A DNA stretch of 63,627 nt, the filler included, from Hausera hauseri (taxonomy: Eukaryota), in the NCBI GenBank assembly GCA_046269625.1. It is 12 parts of 12 records of this genome, joined end to end, with 100 filler letters (N's around TTAATTAATTAA, not from the genome) between each part and the next. Parts side by side here need not be neighbours in the genome. Positions count along the whole stretch, not along the records: positions 23,496 to 31,626 come from JBJURY010758762.1; positions 31,727 to 36,638 come from JBJURY010393368.1; positions 36,739 to 41,034 come from JBJURY010650219.1; 9 more parts are not named here. One strand, written 5' to 3'. Position numbers and translations under genes: made by a program. This document shows positions 23,640 to 37,600 of the stretch, piece after piece; the first letter of the stretch is position 1, and the number at the start of each line of letters is the position of its first letter. The notes under the pieces are model-generated. The model was not told where the DNA came from. It worked only from the letters and a program-made list of their open reading frames with translations, and searched no databases.

Positions 23640-26600
23640 TGTAGGCTTTTTAAGTGGTCTTTGTGTGAATAAGACGTTGTATCCCTTCAGTGTTAATCAC
23701 CTTACTGTAGGTACTAAATGTGACTAATTTGAGATTTTTCAATGTCTTTGAATCTGGTTGCTCAGGTGAGTGGAGTAAAACAATGTTAGATTTCATTGTG
23801 TAAGGTGGTGTGTCTTTCAAGGACGAAGAAAGAACTGGAGGAGATGTANNNNNNNNNNGTAGGTAGGAGATCCAATTTTGGGGGTATCGTCTACGAAATA
23901 GGCAGGCTTAACGTTGTTGATATGCACCGATAGTTCATTACGGTCTTCAGAAATAATGGCATTGTAATAGTGCAATTGCACGAGTTTGTAGGGCCCCAAA
24001 TACCATGGTTGAAAACCGCACGGCGTTTAGTTCCTCAGCCAGACAAACTTTGCTGACTATAAATCGTCGGGTAAATACGTTTTATTATTATGTATTATTC
24101 TGCAGAATGAATCTTTGCTGATTGTAACAAAGTGATTCTGTGCCGTTTGGATAGCCTCGTCTGTAAGTGTATCTTTGAAAGCAATAAGCTCAAATAATGA
24201 ACGTGCGGGTGCTCTGAATAGGGCTTCCATAGGTAAACAACCTGTAGACGTGGAGGGAATGTTTCGCCAACCCAGTAGAACTAACGGAAGAATAACAGTC
24301 CAACTGCCATTGGATTCAGCGAGGATTCTCAGTAAAGTTTTCAATATTTTTTGGAATCTCTCTAGAAGGCCGTTCGATTGGGGGTGATACGGTGTTGTAT
24401 ATATACGGCTGATTCCTGCTGGGTTACCGAGTGATTTAAATAAGTTGGACTCAGACTGAGTACCTTGGTCCGTGATAATGAACCTAGGGTATCCAAACCT
24501 GCTGATTCAAGTGCGTATGAAAACGTAGTCTATTGTGTCCATGTTAGTATTCCGCAGAGAGACAGATTCTGGCCTTCGTGAGAAACGATCCATTATGGTC
24601 AAAATGAACTGATGACCGTTGTCAGGAGGGAGCGGGCCAACAAGATCTACATGTACGGACTTGAAACGCGATGTGCAAGGGAAATGATACAGTGATGGAT
24701 TCAGATGCTTGATGTTTTTAAATTTCTGGCAGGCCACACATTCTTTAACCCACGATTGCGCATCAGAACGCATAGACGGCAAAATTACCTGTCGGTGGAG
24801 CAAGCGATAGGTAACTTTAGCTCCAGGGTGATGTAGTTAATGTACGCCGTTGAATGACTGTTTTTGCCAGGCAGGAGCTAAGATTATTTTAGGCTGTCCT
24901 GCTTTGGACGTGTCGAAAGCCACGCCATCAATAATATTACAGGAATTAAAAGATCTAAGGATGTCTTGAGGTGGTTGGTTTTTCTGAAACTGGGTTAGAG
25001 TGAAAATAGGCCTAAAGTTAATTGAGCTTACTGATCTAGATAAAAAGTCGGCGACTAAGTTGTTAACGCCGTTGATGTGTTTTATTTCGAAATTAAATGT
25101 TGACAAGTACGAAATCTGCCGTTCTTATCGAGTAGAAGGATGTTTCTTCCCCATGATGCTTATTAAGGGTTTATGGTCAGTTTGTATGGTGAAACCCCGA
25201 GCAGTGAAAAAATGTAAAAAATGTTTGAAGGCAAGAACTGTCGCTAGTAGTTTTTGATCGAACGTGGTGTATCTGGTTTCAGGGGGGTGTCATTTTGCGT
25301 GAAAGAACGACAGAGGCTGACTTTCGCCTTTACGAATCTGGTGTAGTACAGCGCCTACGGCGGTAGTAGAGGCGTGTGTAATAAGGATAAGCTCAGCATC
25401 AGGTTTAGGGTATGCTAATATATCGACTGTTTTTAGGCCTTTTCTTAACTTATCGAACTTATTTAGCAGTTTGTGTGTCCATAGTATTGGCTGGAGCTTT
25501 TTTCTGCTACTGAGGTAAGCAAAAGGCGCGGTTAGTTCGCAGCAATATTGAACATACTTGTGGACGAAATGTAATGTACCCAGGAAGCTTCTCATTTCAG
25601 TGGTTGTACACGGTAATTGTACGTTTTTGAGGGCTTTGATACGGTCAGGCTGAGTAGACTGCCCTTCAGGATAGATAACGTGTCAGAGGAAATTTATGCA
25701 TCGTTTGAAGAAATGACATTTTGTAAAGTTTAGCTGGAGGTTGTATTGATGTAAACAGTAAAAAATGGATTGTAGATGTTCCTCATGCTGTTTGGTGGAT
25801 AAAGAAACAATTAGAATATTATTAATGTAAGGATGGGCTTAAGGAAGATCAGAACGAATTGCATCTATGTGACGCTGGAAAGTTTGTGCTCCATTCCGTA
25901 GGCCAAAAGGCACATATAAATTTTCGTAAAGGCCCAAATGTGTAGTAATGGCGGTTTTTTCGATATCTTCGAGTGCCACCGGGATTTGGTGATAAGCCTT
26001 GGCCAAGTCAATGGTGGAATAGATTGTGGTAGAATTGAGACGATGTAATATGTCTTTTATCAATGGTAAGGGGTACGCGTCCATTATAGTCAAAGAATTT
26101 AGCTTCCGGTAATTACCACAAGGCCGCCACGATCCGTCTTTTTTTTCATCACATGTAAAGGAGAAGACCATGGCGACTTTGATCGACGTACAATTCCGGA
26201 GCGTTCAAGGTCTGCGAATTTGGCTTCAACCGCCTGTCTGCGTCTCGACCTCAATAGTCGTACCTTTTTACGAATGGGCCTTTGGTGTTGCATAATAATG
26301 TGGTGTAAAGTGCCATTTTTGGTGTGAAAGACTTATCTTTTTTAAGTAGGCGAGTGCATGACGGATTAAGGTACCTTTGAAGATTTTTCGGCAATTGTGA
26401 AAGATCAGGCGGGAGCCATGTGGTACTGTCATTAATAGTAGAAATTTGAAAGTTACTCGGTGTCTCAATACCTGGAAGTATTTGAGGTAGATTGGATGTG
26501 TTGAAAAATAAATCTGAGATAGTGATTTTATCCTATGTGTGTACTCTGGTGACGAAATCGCACTTGTGGTGTTTAATCTTGCTTTGTTGTCAATATCGTA

Positions 26601-28100
26601 TTTTATTAATTTACGAAATATCATGATTATGTAAAATAACCGGTTTATTAGTTGGTATTTTCAAAATTGACTTCCTTGTGATACTCGTCCGTGCGACGGT
26701 TGAAATGCTATTTATCTTTTTGGTCTGATTTTTATTGAAGGTACTTTTCAAACAACGTTGTTTACAATCTACTAGAAGATTGTAGTGCGACCGAAAATCG
26801 GATTCAAGAATTGCTGTCTGACATTGGCGACTGTAAATATCCAATGAAACTCGGAGGAGAAGTTTGGCAAGGTGAAGGAAAGTTTAGAAGTTCGGAAAAT
26901 ATGCAACGGTTGTCCGGAAGCTGTAAAAAAACATTTTACTTTAGATATAACGTTTTGAACGGTAAAGGTGTGCGGTAGAAGTTTATATGTTGAGGCGTCG
27001 GTGCGATGATAGAAGCTTTTAATGTGAACACAGCGAAAGAAAATTTTCGGCTATTAGAAAGTGAAGAGTGGCCTTCTCCAGTGCTTGCCGAAAGCTCTGG
27101 TAGCGAAGTTAGTTTTTTGAAAGCGGGGAATCTGGGCGGCTGTTAGTAGCGAGGGTTGTACGTTCGTCATTTGCATGATGATATTTGTTTCTAAAAGTGC
27201 AACCTGGAATGCATCTGCGTGCATTATGTCTGAATTTTGCATGATATATGCAAACGACGTTGTCTGTGCGATATTTCTTGTTATAAAATTTGCATCCTAG
27301 GTGGCATTTGTGTGCACTATTATCAAACCTACCATCATAATAGCAAATCAGTGATCGTCCAGTTGAAGGTGACCGACCACGAAATACAGAACGGTTACGG
27401 TCAGGTATAAAACCTGTTCGTTTTGTCAGCGAAATTTTATTTAATTTGTTATTAATATTATTAATTGTTGTCTGTAAGGTCGCATTTTCAGCCCGTAGTT
27501 GATTTAATTGTTGTTCGAATGCTACAAATTGTCGAAATATATCTAACAAATCATGAATAGACGTTTTAACTGCTGTCGGTAAGAGACAAAGTAAGCTATA
27601 AGCTTTGGCTGATGGATCGGTGATGCCACTGGACTTCAGCCAAAGTTTATAAAAATTAAACCATATTTTGTTTGAATTTTCATGATCTATAAAATACTCA
27701 GTGCATTGGGAAGAAGTATTTTTTAGATTGCAGAGTGGTGGTAAAAGTAGTCATGTTGGATGGTGTGATGACAGTCGTTGAATTCTGAGGAAAAGTGGCG
27801 GGTATTGGTGTAGTGGAGGTTTTGTCCGTTGTATCAATTGAATGGGAAGAATCCATGCCACCACGAATACGAATACATGGATAACGAGATGTGGGGTTGA
27901 AGAAAAGGAAAGATTGTGAACATTGGCTTTAACTAGTCGTAGATAATTAAGGGCGAGGTAAAAGTCGGAGAATGTAGTAAAGTGTTGTATATATTTGTGT
28001 AGGTACAGTGCGTCTATATGATATGTTATATTGTGTGTCAGTATTTGGGAGTTATTTATTAAAAAAGAAAATGAGAGGGGTGTCAAAGACCCTTGCAGGC
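23640..28100 (-). mobile_element. Decayed Gypsy gag-pol related to the 13719-16300 element
   Basis: Gag with two CxYH/D..F...A..C...C.F motifs (27109-27549); RT RPCGNYRKLN, PFGLRNGAQTFQR; RNaseH ASTTAVGAVL; IN HVDLVGPLP, YHPQSNG, GPY; C-terminal VTFSTYS shared with about 16735. Confidence 0.92.
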
Positions 28101-29869
28101 GATGCCCTAACGACAAGGACGGTGGTGAAGAACCTAGTGATATAGGGCTGATGGCCGGGCTCTCGTTCCTATAAAAATGCCTCTGAAATTTCGGGGTGGC
28201 CAATTCCTCCGTGTCGAGTACGGTCCAAAGAAGGGTGCTAACTTTAGCAGCGTTTATTAGAGAAGTAGATGCTAGATGTTTTTGAAAATTCTCTAATTTA
28301 TATTCACTTTTTATTGGCATTGGTCCTGTCATATTCAACGGTTCAGAAATGGAAGGGTTTGGACGTTGTATAACTTCGGTTTCGAATTTCTTTACCTGTT
28401 CGACGATATTGAGACGGAAGGTGTTTGTCATTTCCTTAAACGGCCGATTACTTTGAGATTTAACCTTTTGCTTAAAAGATGGATGTAAAACAATTTGGCG
28501 ATTGTGAACGCGGTCTGCCATTACAATACTGTTGTTATATTTGGTATTTGTGCGGTTATAGGCTGTTTTAAAGGTTTCAATAAAGTAGTTCAAATCAGGG
28601 TGTAAAGTGGTGTGTTTTAGAACAATTCGGAAAGTAGTCGTCGATGGTTTATTAATTGATAATGCGATCTGAATTTGTGCCGTGGTATGTGTCACGAATG
28701 TTGCAAAACAAACATCGATAATATTTTCGTCTTTCTGAAACTCCAGTGAGCCAGGAAATTTTATAAATTCAAGGGAATTTCCGATTTTCGATGATTCTAA
28801 ATAAAGGAGCGAAAACTGTGAACATTTCCGTATTGAGTGACAGTTAAATTCACGAAAAGCTTTGATGATACGTAAATTAGACAAAAAGGTCAAATAGGTC
28901 CTATTGAAAAGGCATTTCAATGGTATCAAATAACTGTGATAACAAGAAATAGCTTTGATATTTCTAGTTGCTATAAATAACTGGATTTTATCATTTATTT
29001 AAATTAGAAGGTAGGCGATTTCTTCCTGAGTGAATATGTGAGCGTTTTCTAACTTGTCGTGTTGTTTGGATACTTCAAAGATGTGGATCATCGAGGTTAT
29101 CTGATAAGGAAGAATAAGCCTCCGCCTTGGCATATAACTGTGGAGCAAATGAGTTCAGCATCCTTCCACATGCCGTCTGGACTTTATTTTGAACTATTAA
29201 ATGAAAGTGACTTTTTATTACTCGAAACATTTCAATCGTGACCAAAAACGCCAGCAATGGTTTAATTAAATCATACTCTGACTGTGTTGAATAATACAGT
29301 AATTTAATAGATGCATATTCTAATGGTTCGAGTTTGCTTTCCTCAGTCATTGGCGAGTTCGCACGAAATGATTCTTGTTAAATTGTTGAATATAAATATG
29401 TCGAATGAAAGTTCGGCTGAACAAATCAGAATTTTTGTGAAGGTGCAATTATATTGGTCTTCGCTTAGACCGGTCAGATTGTTACGGATTAGATGTGGTT
29501 TAGCGTAACATGTAAAAGGTTTGATATTATAAGGTTCCTTTGTTTCCGGGATATAAAAATTAGTGGATGCATCACAGGCTATTAAATCGTTTCGAGGAAG
29601 TAAGTTCAATGTAACGTTACTAAATGTACTTTCTGTTTTCATACAATACATCGTGATATCTTCGATTCGTTGACGAGTGACTTGCAGATTCGATGGAAAT
29701 ACTAATAAACTGCAAGGAAGGATTTAAAAAGATTTGTAGGGTATTTTATAAGAGGCATGAATAATAATATGATTTAGCAAGTCGTCTTTTTGTGTTTGAC
29801 TGAAATGGTTGGAATTGTACAAATGAGAAAGTAGTAGGAATGTTTTCAGGAATTCAGACAATAAAATAA

Positions 29870-30610
29870 GGTTATAGAAAGCGTATTTGCGTTTCATATC
29901 AACTTCATCCAATTTCGGTGGCATTTTTAAAGATGAGTTCTGATCAATATTAAATGTAACAAGAGTTTCGATTAGAAAATCAGTTGCATCTGGAAGCGTA
30001 ACAAGACGATTCATTGGTATATTCAGATGTTTTAAATGACATCCTCGATATAAGCTTTTAGGAATGTTCTCCAGAAGGTTTTCTGAGGCACTGAAAACTT
30101 CCAAATTTGACAATTTCCCAATACATGGTGGTATGCCATTAAAAGTTAATTGATTACTATCAAAATAAAGCTTTTTGAGCTTTGAAAGACGTGCAATAAA
30201 CGATAATAAAACACTGAATTGATTGCGACTAAGATTGAGAACTTCTAAATTTGGCCAGCAATCGACCAGGCTACTGAGTTCATTGAAGGTATTACCACTC
30301 ATATTCAATCTGATCAAACTAGAAATTTCGTAAATTGTCTGGGGAACTTTTGGCAAACTATTTTCGGAAATATTAAGGTCCGTTAAAAACTGAAGTTTAT
30401 CAAGGTCTGATGGAAAATTATCTAATCGTCTATTTGTACATGAAAGGGATAATGTGGTTAACTGATTCAAACTGATGACGGATCGAAGCTGCGATACTGA
30501 TAACGGATTATTATTAAAAGATATAATGACTGCAAATTTGGCATTCGTCTAAGGTTTGTGGGAAATGAATCTATATGATTATTGCATAGATCTAAAAGCT
30601 GTAGACACTG
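29870..30610 (-). pseudogene. FLII: Intronless Flightless-I LRR-domain fragment
   Basis: WPNLEVLNLSRNQ..., LSKLKKLY...NQLTFNGIPPCIGKLSNLEVF, NRLVTLPD...FL, LKMPPK...FYN follow the FLII LRR C-half; gelsolin domains absent. Confidence 0.82.
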
Positions 30611-31289
30611 AAAACATTAAAGACAGCCAGTTGTAGACCTTTTCAGGCCTTCTATGTCATTGCAAAACTATGGGCTGGCCAACCTTTGGATATAGTTCTG
30701 CCCTTTCCAGAAAACGTCTTGCTTTATTGTTCCAAACCGGGGGAAAGCGAGCAAAAGTGGGCGAGTCAAATGGTGGCTGCACAACGTTGTACATTAACGA
30801 CTTTAACATAACAAGATATTTTAAATAATATTTAACACCATCTATTTGGATTTTCTATTAAAATTGCGTTTGGCTAAAAAGGTACATTTACAGAACATAA
30901 CAAAAATTTTTTACAAGATTCATAGTACATATCCTCCATTCAGCAATAGAAAAATTACATCAAAAAATAAAAGAATACAGGTTCAGCACCGAGACACATA
31001 AAACGAGTCATTGACAATTTGTCGGCAAATACGACTGTCAGATCCATAATAATTCAAATGGTGTAGAAGGAGTTTAATCATTGATGGCTATGATGCACAG
31101 TTAGCACCGATGTGTAATCGGTGATCTAAGGGTAAAACTACCCAAAGCTGTTGGCCCGACCATTTGTCGGCTCAGCAACAAATGCAATACCATGGCAATA
31201 CATTGTCACGGATTCATGCATGTGTGTATGTGTTTCACTCTGTTTTTCCTAAATTAATCAATTTTCACATTACGTGAGAAGTTCATGCT

Positions 31290-31626
31290 ATTGATACATT
31301 AAAACAAATGTACAAATGCAGTATGTTGGAAATACAAGTGCAACATGTTGGCAACAATATGTAGTGCCGAATTTACCCTACTATTAAAAATATTTATTTT
31401 TCCTTACGTGTGTTTTGTTTTACCGCATCCATAATCAAATGTAGAATCCTGTTCACAAGTCGAGTATTCGAATACTTGAAAATTGATTAATTTCGGTGTT
31501 TCACTGTGAATTTCAAGGTGGTGAAGCAAATTTAGTGGGCAAAACCATTTAATTTATGCATTAAAACAAATGCAACACGTTGGTAATACAAGTGTAACAT
31601 GTTGACAACAATATTCAGTGCCTAAT
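31290..31626. repeat. Dispersed or satellite duplication, period about 260 bp
   Basis: ATTAAAACAAATG...ATACAAGTG.AACATGTTG.CAACAATAT..AGTGCC at about 31298-31370 and 31560-31626. Confidence 0.65.
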
Positions 31627-31726
31627 NNNNNNNNNNNNNNNNNNNNNNNNNNNNNNNNNNNNNNNNNNNNTTAATTAATTAANNNNNNNNNNNNNNNNNN
31701 NNNNNNNNNNNNNNNNNNNNNNNNNN

Positions 31727-33462
31727 AAGTTTAAGCTAGGACAGAAATATTCTCTAATGGATTTAGAAGTATGCGACGATGCCAGACCGCACAAGTTAGA
31801 AACGAGAGAAAAGTTATTTTCTATATCAACAACAAGAATTGGTATCATTGGATGGAATGGAATGTATGCTGAGACGATCTCGTAGCATTTTTCACTGGAT
31901 TAATGCACGGACATTCTTCAATAATCCAATGAATTTGGAACGCCAACATTGTAAGCAGGCCAGGGAAACCGGAAGATTAAAATGGGAGAGTATGAAACTA
32001 GAGATGCAGCCGGGAAAGATAATTAGAGCATATAAGGTAGTGGTTGGAAGACTAGACATGCATAACTGACATTGTAACGGGGCGGAATACGACACCGGAA
32101 AAGGATTAGAAGCAAACGTAGTGGTTGTAGATTTCTATGAATCAGAGATGTGAATACAGAAAGTAATGTTCCATAGTGTCACCAAACTATATACTTAGAA
32201 TCAAAAATGCCATCTACAAGACGGAACATGTGCTTTTAGAAGCTCTGTTATAATATGGGAACCTCCTTCTGGAAGAAGCTGTAATTTTATTAAAATTAAA
32301 GAATTAAAATTTAATGAAACTACCGGAAAACGATATGTAGATAAATCTGATACCAATTCAAGGACACGCGAAGACGTATCAGAACATCCTACACCTACTA
32401 TATTAATCTCTGACCAGCATGGACTAAAATTTATTAAGAAATGATCTCTCGTTGCGAAGTAGTGATGTTCGCCACTAATTATGAAGCATTTTTCGTCGCA
32501 GAATCGAAAATAAATGCGAAAAGTTACAAATTAGAAACGCAGAACATTCGTATTAAGGATTACCTGAAAAACCTAGACAATTACTTTCATTACAAAGGAC
32601 AAGTTGGGATAACCGAATTATATCATAAAATGATAATGAATGATTGTAAATTGGATATGGAAATTATGAGGAAAAAACTGGCTCTTAGCTATGCTACCCT
32701 GAGTTAGCCTTCCCAATAATTCCGATGAGAAGGAATCTTCGGTCTAGTTACCGGTGAAGTCCTATTGACTTATGAATGTGAAAAACGGGACGTACCGATC
32801 AACGTCAAAGAAAAACGATGTATGCAAAAACTTCCCGCCATTTATCGGAACAACCCACGGCTAGCTATGCCACTTACTAGAGTATTGTTAGACAACGCGA
32901 CTCAGCCTACGGTCCTTAAAGATTGTAAAGCGAGCTTAGGAGAACCAATGTTCAGGCACAGTGAAACGGAGTGGGTGAGTTTGCTAACAGAGGTATCACT
33001 ACCGCTCCAAATAAATTAACAGGAACAAATCTCGCAAAGGGAATTACAGACTACAAATTTCAAGACACCTTATCGAAAGGTATATATAGGCCTAAGGAAA
33101 TTGAAGCTTTCAGATAATTCCTCGCTTTTCCGCGACAACGGACACACGAGTTAAATCGAGCCATGGCATCCGTAGTAGATGATACTCGATATCAAGCTAA
33201 ACGGGAATCATTGCTTGGTGTAAACCATTACCAGCGAGTAACTACAGAAATGCTCTACAAAATTTGGGGTAGATTTTTAATTTTTGGACAAGCCGCATCC
33301 GGATTCTTAGCAATATATTCCTTAATACAAATGATTAAGGCCGTCATCCAAGCGGTAATAAATGGGTATGAAATATTTACATTGACCGGATTTTCATGTA
33401 AAATTTTGACTGCGATAACACCATTAGAAAAGTTTCTTAAGGCCTACGAAGAGAGTAGATAA
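31727..33462 (+). pseudogene. env: Near full-length chuvirus-like fusion glycoprotein, decayed
   Basis: Cys pattern EC.LRRSR..FH, RQHCKQA..TG, HCNGAEYD, C...DGTC....IIW....SC, GEV...YEC, C...LP..Y.....A.P.TRVL, then KIWGRFLIFGQAASGFLAIY...I...INGY.I....GFS TM region. Confidence 0.8.
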
Positions 33463-34119
33463 AAATCGGACGCAAACGTCATGTCGGTTATTATAATCGT
33501 AAACGAAAAGGAAAACCAATGTTCTTGTACAAGCGAAAAATGACAAAACCTACTACGCGAAGAAATAATGCAGGCGATGACGAGCCTAAGGGAAAAGTAC
33601 TTCCAAGAACAGATAGACATAAGATGTATTCCATCATTAAAGCACTATTACCTATGCTACCCCCGACTCTCCAGTCTATGAAGACTGTGACAAGTGATCA
33701 ATGAGCTCATATCAGACAGAAATCTATAAAAGGATGATTAGTTTAGAAGACCCTTACGAAGGAACGAAACGTTATGGAGTCCTACGGAAAATGAGTTATC
33801 GACAGCCCGTGGATGACCCAAGAATATTGTATTTCCCCAGAGAACCTCGGAATATAGAGACTAGATCGCCTGTCTGGGAAAATCCAAGGCTAAAAACTTT
33901 CCAGAATAAAGAACCACACACTAACAATCAAGAGCCATTAATTAGTACTCATGAAGCGGAAGAAGTGAACATCGAAAACAATGAATTGTATCCAAACGGA
34001 GAATTAAGACAATTATCGGAAAATATAGTATCTTCCCGGGAAATCTGAATAAATGGACATAAAATATCGGCGAAAAAACGCCTAAAAGCTGCATCAAACT
34101 GTTTTGGGACAGTAATAGA

Positions 34120-36638
34120 AGGAAAACCCTTCGCCAAAATCCTTATTGAAGACTGGGAAGTTTATGCATTAATCGATATAGGTTACGAAATCTCTTACAT
34201 TAAAATTGATTTAATACCTCAAACGCTGAGAGGACAGTTATACCCACCATCCGCAAGAGATCCCGGAAGCACAGGACCTTTCGGTCAAATGTCAAAGCCG
34301 ATGTTCAAACGGAACCCGGAAGTTCAAATAGTTGGACAGTTTTTCCATCACGAATTTGCAATTATGGAACAATTAACCGACGACGTAGTTTTAGGATGTG
34401 ATCTACTGAAAAGACTACCAAATATAGCGATCGACTTGCATACTGGAAGGCTTATAGAGATTAGGCCGAATAAAGGCGTAAAAAATGAAAAAAACAGGAA
34501 AATTGGAGGTGTGGATTCCAGTAGATGAAAATATTCCACCGAGAACCGAAATGATAATTTATGCGCAGATTCAACAAGATGACGATCAGCTGGTATATTT
34601 TGAACCAAAAAAAACATCAAATCCGAATATAATACTCAGTAACATACTGACGAGAGTACATTCGGGTCGTAAATAATGCACTAGTAAGGATAGGAAATAA
34701 TGCACCAACTCCAGTTAAACTTCACGCTTACACCACTTTAGGAAATACGTATAGTGTCGTCTATAACTATCGAAGAAAAACCATACAAATATGCGGAATT
34801 TCCACCTCATGTTGAAACTAAGTTTTCACCTGAATCTTATTGTCGATTCTGTGAACTATTATATCGTTACAAATCAATCATCGCTAAAGACGACAAAGAT
34901 ATCGGTAGAGCAAAAGCATTTAAATTGAGAATCCCTCTTAAGAAGCCTGTTTCTAATGAAGAAATAGATCTTGAAGATCAAAAGATGCCGAAATGTATCC
35001 TCCGCCGCATTCATTAAGGCCCGAAATAACAAGGGGTTAAACGGATGCTTAAAGCTGATATAGTCAGGCCAAGCTATAGATCTTGGTACTCACCAATTCT
35101 GCATCGACTACATAGCATTGAATAATCTTGTGATGAAGGATTCTCTTCCATTGCCGTCAGTTAAAGAAACCCTAGATAGACTATCAGGAGCAACATGGTT
35201 TACCACTCTGGATTTACAATCCGGATATTGGCAAGTGGAAATAGAGGACGAAGATCCATATAAAACAGCGTTTAAAACTCACGATGGTGTCTATAAATTC
35301 AACGTCATGCCATTCGGTATTACTACCGGACCAGCAATTTTTACAAAAATGATGAACAAAATGTTAATGGGACTAGATCATGCTTTTGCGTACTTAGATG
35401 ATGTAATGATAGCGTCGAGGACAGAAGAGGAACACTTGAAGGATACTGAGCACACGCTGATGCGACTAGAACAGGCCGCATTGAAATTAAATCCGAAATG
35501 TAAATGGGCTCAAAAAGCAGTATCCTACCTTGACCATATAGTTGGAGAAGGAGGATCAAAACCGGATAAATCTTTATTGAACAAGATATCAAACTGCATT
35601 GAGCCACAAAATCAAAAAGAATTAAGACACTGGCTAGGTTTATGTGGATATTATGCTACCTGTGTGCCAGACAACTCAAAGATAAACGCACCATTATATC
35701 TTCTACTCAAAAAAGGGATTAAATGGAAATGGACAGACGTCGAACAGAAGGCTTTCGACGAAATGAAGATATTAACAAGTGAACCAGTTCGACGATATCC
35801 GGACTTTAACTTACCCTTTATAATCAAGATTGATGCTAGTAAAGAAGGTATTGGGTATGAATTAGCTCAAAAAAGAGAAGATGAAAAATTGGAACATCCA
35901 ATCGCTTATGGAGAACGTTCCTTGAAGGCCGAGAAAAATTATTCTGTTACTGAATTAGAAACTCTAGCCGTAAAAGAAGCGCTCCGACACTTTAACGTTT
36001 ATGTGTACGGGCAGAAAATCATAATTGTTACTGATCATAGAGCTGTCACGACCTTAAAAGGTCGAGCAAACAACCCGGCATGCAGACTAAACAGATGGAT
36101 CGAAGAAATTTCTAGACATAATATCGAATTCCAATATAAGCCGGGAAATAAACACGTAGATGCTGACGCACTATCCAGACTAAAAACTAAGATGATTTCA
36201 ATTACTGTTATGAAGAAAATTCAACTCAAAGAAATAATAGACCGCCAACGTGCTCTAACGTTGGATAAAGCAATTAAAATTTAAACAGAACAATAGAAGA
36301 ATAAAATTATTCACCGGATCATAGAATTTGCCAAAAAGGACACCATGCCAAAGGGACGGCAGCTAAACAAACATTTACACAGGCACGGGCATAAATACTG
36401 TGTCTTGAATGACAAAAGTAGTGAGAATATTCTATATTATAAGCGAAAGGGAAGGAAATTGATAGTTATTCCGAAACACTTACGAATTGAAGTTTTGATG
36501 TAGGAACATAATTAATATTTGGCAGGACACATGTCCTGGAAGAAAACATAAGAAAGAATATTGAATAAATATTTTTGGCCCACCATCTATATTGATGTAA
36601 AGAATTGGGTGAATGCTTGTGAAGTATGCGCAACTAAA
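34120..36638 (+). mobile_element. pol: Gypsy pol (PR-RT-RNaseH-IN zinc finger) directly downstream of env
   Basis: PR ALIDIGY (degenerate DTG); IPPRT region; RT LDLQSGYWQ, KTAF, MPFG, YLDD; RNaseH IDAS, ELETLAV, TDH, DADALSR; IN AGH...YFWP...C..C. Confidence 0.93.
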
Positions 36639-37369
36639 NNNNNNNNNNNNNNNNNNNNNNNNNNNNNNNNNNNNNNNNNNNNTTAATTAATTAANNNNNN
36701 NNNNNNNNNNNNNNNNNNNNNNNNNNNNNNNNNNNNNNTGAAAGACTTAGCCAATAAATGTCGTCCAAAAAAGAAGCAAGTTGAGTTCGAAAAGCTCTCA
36801 TGAACTTTGTCACCCAGTAAAAAACGTATATTGATAATATTAAATGATAGAGAAATTACAGCCGAATATTTGGTACTCCGGTCCGGAAGTGGTATATTAA
36901 TTAAAATGCATAGAGTATTTATTTTGTGATAAACGTCTATGTGGCTGGTTTGGTTTAGCTCCGATTTCGGGCCGATTGGAAAACGTGATAACTATAGTGA
37001 TTAAAAAGAAGGTAATGAACACGAGTGTAATATAATTATTAAAACCAATACTTGCATAATTTACACAAACATTGAAATTGTCTAGACAAGGCAGATCAGT
37101 CATCAGAAGATATGGCGAATATAAATCTGAATTGTTAATAATCCTAAATTATCTGGTTTGGTTTCGATAATGTAGAAACTGGATTTTATATATTTTACGG
37201 AATCTATAAGTAACCATAGTTACTCTTGAAGTACTTACGCACTATCATTACCATTTCCCAGTCATAAAGACTTCATTATTATTTCATGAAGGAAAGCAAT
37301 GCAGTAGAAAAGCCAGATATAATAAGCGGTTTAAAGCACAACAGTCATGGAGGGCATATTGTTTGAAAA

Positions 37370-37535
37370 CTAGAAAATGCTGGTTAGAAAATGTTTTAAA
37401 GTCGTAATAATCGGTTTACCGTGGAAAATATAGGTTAGAATATGTGTTAAAGTGGTAAAAATCGGTTGAAAAATATTTTAAAGTGATAAATATTGGTTGA
37501 AAACTTGAAAGTATTGGTTAGAAAATGGTCTAAAT
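37370..37535. repeat. Degenerate AT-rich minisatellite (GGTTAGAAAATG..TTAAAGT.GTAA.AATC-like)
   Basis: Recurring GGTT(A)GAAAA cores at about 20-31 bp spacing. Confidence 0.6.
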
Positions 37536-37600
37536 ATGTTTTCAAATAATGTAAGTTTTTTGTTTTATTTCTTTTTGCTTTTTCACCGCTGTCTTTTCGT

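Noticed and set aside
28191-28202. TGGCCACCCCGA as a tRNA-Trp PBS
   Set aside because: Only 10/12 match, no adjacent LTR-terminal CA and no matching LTR upstream; unproven
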